Shown piece by piece: positions 23,605 through 28,682 of a stretch of DNA of 28,682 bases. Numbering within the stretch: the stretch's first letter is position 1; the number at the start of each line of letters is the position of its first letter. The position numbers and the translations under genes are program-made. Under the pieces are notes generated by a model that was given only the letters and a program-made list of their open reading frames with translations, ran no database searches and had not been told where the DNA came from. Origin of the DNA: a virus (Duplodnaviria; Caudoviricetes); the IMG/VR virus record IMGVR_UViG_3300048598_000375, positions 1 through 28,682 of that record. One strand, given 5' to 3'.

Positions 23605-25899
23605 TCATTCCTCCAGCAGGCGATAACCTGTCCCTTTATTCGTTTTTGTTTCGATTATGATTTTTTCGATATCCCCTTGCTCATTAAGAGTGTCTATAAT
23701 GTTGCGGAAATTGGTCTTATCGATCTTCATCCGCTTCATAAGTACACTATGCAGCAGCATCCTCTGGTCAGCTTCACGCAGTTTTTGTTTGACCTTGAGG
23801 CACAAAGCATGGAAATCATTTTCAGCAACATAACATTCCGCAAGATAGAGCATCCTTCGCAGCTGATGGGTCATTAATTCAACTGACCACTTTGCAGCAT
23901 CGGTCCCTATTAGCGGTGCAATATGATTTTCGCTGCAGGCGTAAATCAATGCTAATTTGCGGGCATTTTCATTTGCCCTTCCCCATACTGTTTTTGAAAC
24001 CTCATCATTACCCCCTTCTGCTTTTGCATACTCACTGTCAGCAAATACCCTGAAATCATCAAGAATACGTTTGCCTTCATTAGAATAATCAACAACTGCG
24101 GGTATTGGGTTTACATCAACAAGGTTATTGGGTTTGCCAGGATTAAAATCCTTCCACCATTTTGCGGTTTCAAGGATTTTCTGCGGCATCGAATCAATAA
24201 GTCCTGCATCCTTGCCCTCGGACCGCTTGCCAACATCGATGGTTATCATTCTGGCGATAAATCCGTTGGTGAGCATTCTCTCGCTTAACGCGCTGTAATA
24301 ATATTTGGGTGTTGCCGTTCCAAAAAATGTAAGATGCGGCTGATTAATAAATCCTGCCTGCTGCTTTCCTGCTTTTCTGCGCATAGGATATATAGAATTG
24401 CTGGATGTATACATTGTCAGCAGTGTTCCCATGATGCTTTCTAAATGCCCATCACGACTTTTATTTAATGATAGAAGCATGCCATCAACTTCATCATTTT
24501 GAAAGAGCATGCATGGCGACTGAAACATCGCATCCTGCAAACCTTCACCTGATGCGAATTTATCACCTAGGGCATTCATTTCACCTATCTGATTAAGAAT
24601 ATATGCATTGATTTTGCGGGGATAATCTTTACCTGTTGAAGCGCCGGCAAGAGCGAGGATATAAATATTGGGCCGAAGATCACCTTTTTCACGAACTTTG
24701 CGACCGCATAAATAAGATTGTCCTGCAAGTCCGCCGCAAAATGCCATGGCCTGGTTCGGATAAGCTGAAATTTGCATACAAAAATCAATCACGCTTGAAA
24801 TAAAGCCAGGCACGCGCATAAGCTCAACAGGTATTGGACCCGGATCAGGAAACCTCTTAATTTGCTTATCTTGTTTTTCAAATGATTTAACCAGTGCAGA
24901 AATATCAACATCCGTTGGTGTATCGATATTTTTCTCGCCATATCCTTTGTCAGCCAATGCTTGTGCTGCCTTGCTGTAATCGCCATTATGTTCAAGAAGC
25001 GTATAAACGCTGAATGGCGAATATGCTTTTTCACTCTCAAATGGATGGGCGTTGGTGCTAAATACATAAAAAACTCTGTTTTTAAGTGTTGCCGATGTAC
25101 CGCTTGTCTTGCCCGGCCGACACCAATGCTCATTTTCACCTGCCTGATAACATCGCCACCCATGCTGGAGCAAAACAGCTCGTAAATCCCCATTTGTATT
25201 GTAATCATCACCCGGTCTAAGCGAACCAGCTGGTGATAATGATTGAGTTTCCGTAGGTTGCAGAGGTTCCGGAATATACTCATTTAGAGATAATGCAGCA
25301 TCGAGAAGTATATCCCGCTGCTCTGATGATATTACAGGTACGTCTGTAAAATCATTCTGAATCAGTTCATAACCGGGCGTTGGCGCACAAAGGAATAATC
25401 CACCTTCGCCGCGAGTTTCAATATATGTTGGCAGAATATACCATGTACCATCTTTATCCTTGATGGGCTTAAATTTCTTGCCGCATAAAATTATATCTTC
25501 GCTGGTATCGACTATTATTTTGCGTTTTGCGAGCTTGAGACTTTTGCATATCTCATCTTCGCATCGGTAAATAACATGCCGGCCGCCAGATTGCGACTGC
25601 TCAATAATGACTTTTTTGAGAATATCGGGCAAAGACATTTCAACAATTGCTCGCCAGGCTTGAAACATCTCAGCGACCATATCAAAATCTATCATTTCCA
25701 AATTGCCTGATACTTTACCCGCCACAATGCAAATGCCATTGTTGCCGCTTGTGAACCATGATTGCAATTCGGAATCATAAGGCAAACGCTCCTGATATTG
25801 TTTCCAGCCCGATAAAGATGCAAATTTCGACTGCACATTTGCCGGCAGAACTGACAGTCCGTTTGCTAAGTATTGATTAGCCTTAGACAAAATATTCAT
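23605..25899 (-). CDS. Bifunctional primase/polymerase (Prim-Pol) fused to DUF3987-like P-loop domain (about 764 aa)
   Basis: N-terminal GLSVLP...WKQYQ...GICIVAG...MIDFD...SQSGGRH...ETRGEGG..APTPGY; C-terminal LAGASTGKD, FQNDE, FFGTATP, NGFIARM. Start placed at the TGATG overlap (25899). Confidence 0.88.
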   Translation of the reverse strand: MNILSKANQYLANGLSVLPANVQSKFASLSGWKQYQERLPYDSELQSWFTSGNNGICIVAGKVSGNLEMIDFDMVAEMFQAWRAIVEMSLPDILKKVIIEQSQSGGRHVIYRCEDEICKSLKLAKRKIIVDTSEDIILCGKKFKPIKDKDGTWYILPTYIETRGEGGLFLCAPTPGYELIQNDFTDVPVISSEQRDILLDAALSLNEYIPEPLQPTETQSLSPAGSLRPGDDYNTNGDLRAVLLQHGWRCYQAGENEHWCRPGKTSGTSATLKNRVFYVFSTNAHPFESEKAYSPFSVYTLLEHNGDYSKAAQALADKGYGEKNIDTPTDVDISALVKSFEKQDKQIKRFPDPGPIPVELMRVPGFISSVIDFCMQISAYPNQAMAFCGGLAGQSYLCGRKVREKGDLRPNIYILALAGASTGKDYPRKINAYILNQIGEMNALGDKFASGEGLQDAMFQSPCMLFQNDEVDGMLLSLNKSRDGHLESIMGTLLTMYTSSNSIYPMRRKAGKQQAGFINQPHLTFFGTATPKYYYSALSERMLTNGFIARMITIDVGKRSEGKDAGLIDSMPQKILETAKWWKDFNPGKPNNLVDVNPIPAVVDYSNEGKRILDDFRVFADSEYAKAEGGNDEVSKTVWGRANENARKLALIYACSENHIAPLIGTDAAKWSVELMTHQLRRMLYLAECYVAENDFHALCLKVKQKLREADQRMLLHSVLMKRMKIDKTNFRNIIDTLNEQGDIEKIIIETKTNKGTGYRLLEE

Positions 25900-26243
25900 C
25901 AATCTCTCCATATTGTGTCCGGCCGTAATGCAGGGTCATCTGGTAATTTAGGTATTTGGCGACTAACAAGGGTACTGCCCTTATGGAAATGAAATTCATA
26001 ATCAAAAGCGTGACCGCATTCACAAAGAAAATGCAATGTAATCATCACGCCGCGTCCAGTTGGCGGAACTTCGGGATTAATGTGAATGCCTTTGCTGTCA
26101 ATTCGTACATGACCTTTGGCAGTGCCGGGTGATCTGCACTCTAATCCAACAGGATGAACATAGAAGAAATTACAGACCGGACATGCAAGAACAGGCTCGG
26201 ATACCGATTCATAATAAATGGGAATAAATTCTTTATAGTTCAT
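25899..26243 (-). CDS. Hypothetical Cys/His-rich protein (114 aa)
   Basis: SD AGGAG; CPVC and CECGH motifs. Confidence 0.72.
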   Translation of the reverse strand: MNYKEFIPIYYESVSEPVLACPVCNFFYVHPVGLECRSPGTAKGHVRIDSKGIHINPEVPPTGRGVMITLHFLCECGHAFDYEFHFHKGSTLVSRQIPKLPDDPALRPDTIWRD

Positions 26244-26257
26244 TTTTTTCTCCTAAA

Positions 26258-27934
26258 TTAAAAAGGTATTTCATCATCTGCTTGGATATAGTCAGAAACT
26301 TCTTGATTAACTTGCCAATCTGCAATTTCCGGATTTTCGAATTGATAGCTGACTATTCTTTCAAATTTTTCACCGGGAACTTTTTTAACGATTATTTTTA
26401 TAGGCTCTTTTAATCTGCCGTTATGTGCGAAAAATACAGCCATATCGGATTTTTCCGGCATATCTTCAGCGGATCTTTGTCTCCACCAGTCTTCAGCCTT
26501 GAAATGTGCAAAACCAGTATGTTCGAAACATATCCATTCAGAGATATATCTTTCCAGCCCAACCTTATATTGAACACGCATTGTTTTTGGGGCATCTTCA
26601 TCAGCTTTTCTTTTGGTATGAACGTTATAAAGCACCTCAAGAACATCATATTCTTCAACAACTGGATCTCCTGAAAGGATGTTTTCAAAACTTGCCTGCG
26701 TATCGTGTTTTGATTTTTCAGGCTGCGGGAAATCATATCCGCATGAAGGACAGCGGCTGTATGCCGCATGAACAATTTCAAAACACACCGGGCATTCTTT
26801 CGCCGGCGCCCTGCCAGTGCCTTTAGAAAATACCTGATTTATTTTCAGGCAATCAATCGGGCCGTGACGAAGAATATTGCCGCCAAAATCGAGAACCAGA
26901 CAATCTTGTTTACCTTCTGCAAGCCTGCTTCCTCTTCCTACCATTTGAACATAAAGACCAGTACTCATAGTTGGACGCAGCATTGCAATACAATCGATGT
27001 GGGGTGCATCAAAGCCGGTTGTCAGAACATTTACGTTACATAAATATTTCAGTGCCCCGCTTCGAAAATCATCAATCATCTTCTTCCGCCAGCCATCGGG
27101 ACTATCGCCTGAAACAAATCCGCATTCAATATTATGATTTTGCTGAAATATTTTTTGAATATGTTTGCCGTGTTCCACACCTGCTGCAAAAATGAGAACT
27201 GCTCTTCGATCATGCGTATATTCGAGTATTTCAGTACATGCGGCTTTGACGCGGGTTTCAGTATCCATCAGTTCTTCTATTTCATTGGCGATAAATTCAC
27301 CACCTCTGACATGGAGACTGCTTGTATCGATGTGAGTTTTTGATGCCTTGCTGCGCAAGGGTGAAAGGTATCTGTCACGAATCAGCTCTTTTATTCCTAC
27401 TTCGTAGCAGATTTCATTTAAGATGTTGTTCGGCCCGCATATCATACCGGTGCTGGTTCGATATGGTGTGGCGGTTAACCCAAGCAATCTGATATTGGGA
27501 TTGACGATCTTTGCATCCTGCAAAAATGACCGGTACCTGCCTTCACCATCCGCTGGCAAAAGGTGTGCCTCATCGATTATGATTAAATCGAATGGCTCGA
27601 ATTCGAAAGCCATTTTGTAAATAGATTGTATAGATGCCGCTATTACCGGCTGGTGCATATCTCTCTGTTTTAATCCGGCAGAATAAATCCCGACAAAATT
27701 ATCACCGAGAAAATGTTTTATTTTTCCGGCGTTTTGCTCTATAAGTTCCTGCACATGCGCAAGAACAAGCACCCTGCCATTCCATAATGAAACGGCATCA
27801 CTGCATATTTGAGCAAGGACAACGCTTTTGCCCGAACCTGTCGGCAGCACAATGCAGCTGTTACCATCGCGTTCTTTTAAATATTTATAGCAGGCATCAA
27901 CTGCCTGTTTTTGATATCCACGAAGCTCTATCAT
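26258..27934 (-). CDS. SF2 DEAH helicase with C-terminal Zn finger (RadD/YejH-like, 558 aa)
   Basis: Q motif LRGYQ, LPTGSGKS, DEAH, TAT, VLTTGFDAP, QMVGRGSR, CPVC-x10-CPSC. Confidence 0.95.
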   Translation of the reverse strand: MIELRGYQKQAVDACYKYLKERDGNSCIVLPTGSGKSVVLAQICSDAVSLWNGRVLVLAHVQELIEQNAGKIKHFLGDNFVGIYSAGLKQRDMHQPVIAASIQSIYKMAFEFEPFDLIIIDEAHLLPADGEGRYRSFLQDAKIVNPNIRLLGLTATPYRTSTGMICGPNNILNEICYEVGIKELIRDRYLSPLRSKASKTHIDTSSLHVRGGEFIANEIEELMDTETRVKAACTEILEYTHDRRAVLIFAAGVEHGKHIQKIFQQNHNIECGFVSGDSPDGWRKKMIDDFRSGALKYLCNVNVLTTGFDAPHIDCIAMLRPTMSTGLYVQMVGRGSRLAEGKQDCLVLDFGGNILRHGPIDCLKINQVFSKGTGRAPAKECPVCFEIVHAAYSRCPSCGYDFPQPEKSKHDTQASFENILSGDPVVEEYDVLEVLYNVHTKRKADEDAPKTMRVQYKVGLERYISEWICFEHTGFAHFKAEDWWRQRSAEDMPEKSDMAVFFAHNGRLKEPIKIIVKKVPGEKFERIVSYQFENPEIADWQVNQEVSDYIQADDEIPF

Positions 27935-28283
27935 TGATTTTCCTTATCGTTACAATTGTTTTGCCATACTTGACAGGTTCTTTCATAACGGTAGTCAGAT
28001 GTTTAATCTGGCAATCGTTATAAAAGGCCATGCCTTTTTCCAATGCATCAAGAAGCGGTTTTTGAATATTGTCGATATCACGCTTTCGTTTGTCCGGAGG
28101 GTATGCCCGGACTTTCATTGCGAGCATACCCATCATCGGACTAACCTTTGCTGCCATAAGAGCCTTGCAAACACGATTGCGAAACATCATGCCTTCACGC
28201 CCTATGAACGTCCTGTTCCCCCGCCGCCTGAAATAATGATTAATACTTGGCGGATACGGCAGCTCTATCGTCAGCGTTTCCAG
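27897..28283 (-). CDS. rusA: Holliday junction resolvase RusA (start uncertain, probably CTG)
   Basis: RDIDNIQKPLLDAL...NDCQI catalytic motif. The conserved N-terminus IELPYPPSINHY lies upstream of the first ATG (28190) in the same frame. Confidence 0.88.
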   Translation of the reverse strand: METLTIELPYPPSINHYFRRRGNRTFIGREGMMFRNRVCKALMAAKVSPMMGMLAMKVRAYPPDKRKRDIDNIQKPLLDALEKGMAFYNDCQIKHLTTVMKEPVKYGKTIVTIRKINDRASWISKTGS

Positions 28284-28682
28284 GGTGCGATTCCTTTTGC
28301 AGCTGGACTACTATTTTGAACAGGAGCAGTTTCTTTAGCTGAATAACCGCGAATTTCGTTTACTAATTCGTTTGTATCATTGCGTTTTTTGAGTTTGACA
28401 TTGATCATCAGCGGCAGATTATGAAGTTCCGCTGAATCCTTCGGAGTCATTACGCCGACCGCTTTGCATATCGCGGCAAGCTGGCCGCGTGAAATCTTGG
28501 TGGTAGTTTCGTTGGCATGTTCCAAATTCAATCTGGCCCACAGGAGCCTGTTTTTGTACTGCCCATCGATAACCTGGAATGTCAATTCCAGGTAATTACC
28601 ATTTCCATTCTTTGTCGGTTTAAATTCCGAGTTGGTTATAACCGCCAAATATTTTGCTGCCGGGATCGGATCAAAATCGGCT
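28271..28682 (-). CDS. DUF669-like single-stranded DNA-binding protein (5' truncated)
   Basis: Frame open to the window edge: DFDPIPAAKYLAVITNSEFKPTKNGNGNYLELTFQVIDGQYKNRLLWARLNL...NEIRGY...PWKR. Confidence 0.85.
   Translation of the reverse strand, partial: ADFDPIPAAKYLAVITNSEFKPTKNGNGNYLELTFQVIDGQYKNRLLWARLNLEHANETTTKISRGQLAAICKAVGVMTPKDSAELHNLPLMINVKLKKRNDTNELVNEIRGYSAKETAPVQNSSPAAKGIAPWKR

Larger units (their letters stand above)
1..28682 (-). mobile_element. Temperate siphovirus-like phage/prophage segment (replication, packaging, head and tail modules), truncated at both window edges
   Basis: Contiguous, tightly coupled minus-strand genes in lambda-like order: terminase, portal, protease-capsid, neck, tail tube, chaperone, tape measure, tail tip. 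No host housekeeping genes and no att site or integrase in the window. Confidence 0.96.

Noticed and set aside
24585-26781. Alternate-frame minus-strand ORFs of 67, 164 and 123 aa inside primase and helicase
   Set aside because: Fully nested in intact conserved genes; no slippery site or start signal noticed.

Overview
The whole window is part of one temperate, long-tailed (siphovirus-like) phage or prophage, cut off at both ends, with almost all genes on the minus strand. In transcription order (right to left) it carries: a replication module (DUF669 SSB-like protein, RusA, DEAH helicase, Prim-Pol/DUF3987 primase, then an iteron-like repeat cluster); small Zn-ribbon genes and a lipoprotein with u-spanin-like topology; a lambda-like cos signal (exact cosQ GGGTCCT plus a cosN-like GGCGGCG); an RHH protein and a ParB-methyltransferase; an inverted five-gene island ending in a HARE-HTH protein; terminase genes; an Ogr/NrdR-like Zn finger and a NucS-like nuclease moron; a structured late leader; portal, protease-capsid fusion, DUF2190, neck and tail genes, a -1 frameshifted tail chaperone, tape measure, and a >802-aa tail-tip protein that the ORF track missed. 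No integrase, repressor or recognisable endolysin is in the window. Gene style recalls Planctomycetota prophages, but that host call is recollection only. The most unusual signal is a 464-codon antisense ORF that starts exactly at the methyltransferase stop (TAATG), crosses the whole inverted island and ends just before the small terminase gene. It may act as a translational bridge rather than encode a folded protein. All family calls are by eye; no searches were run.
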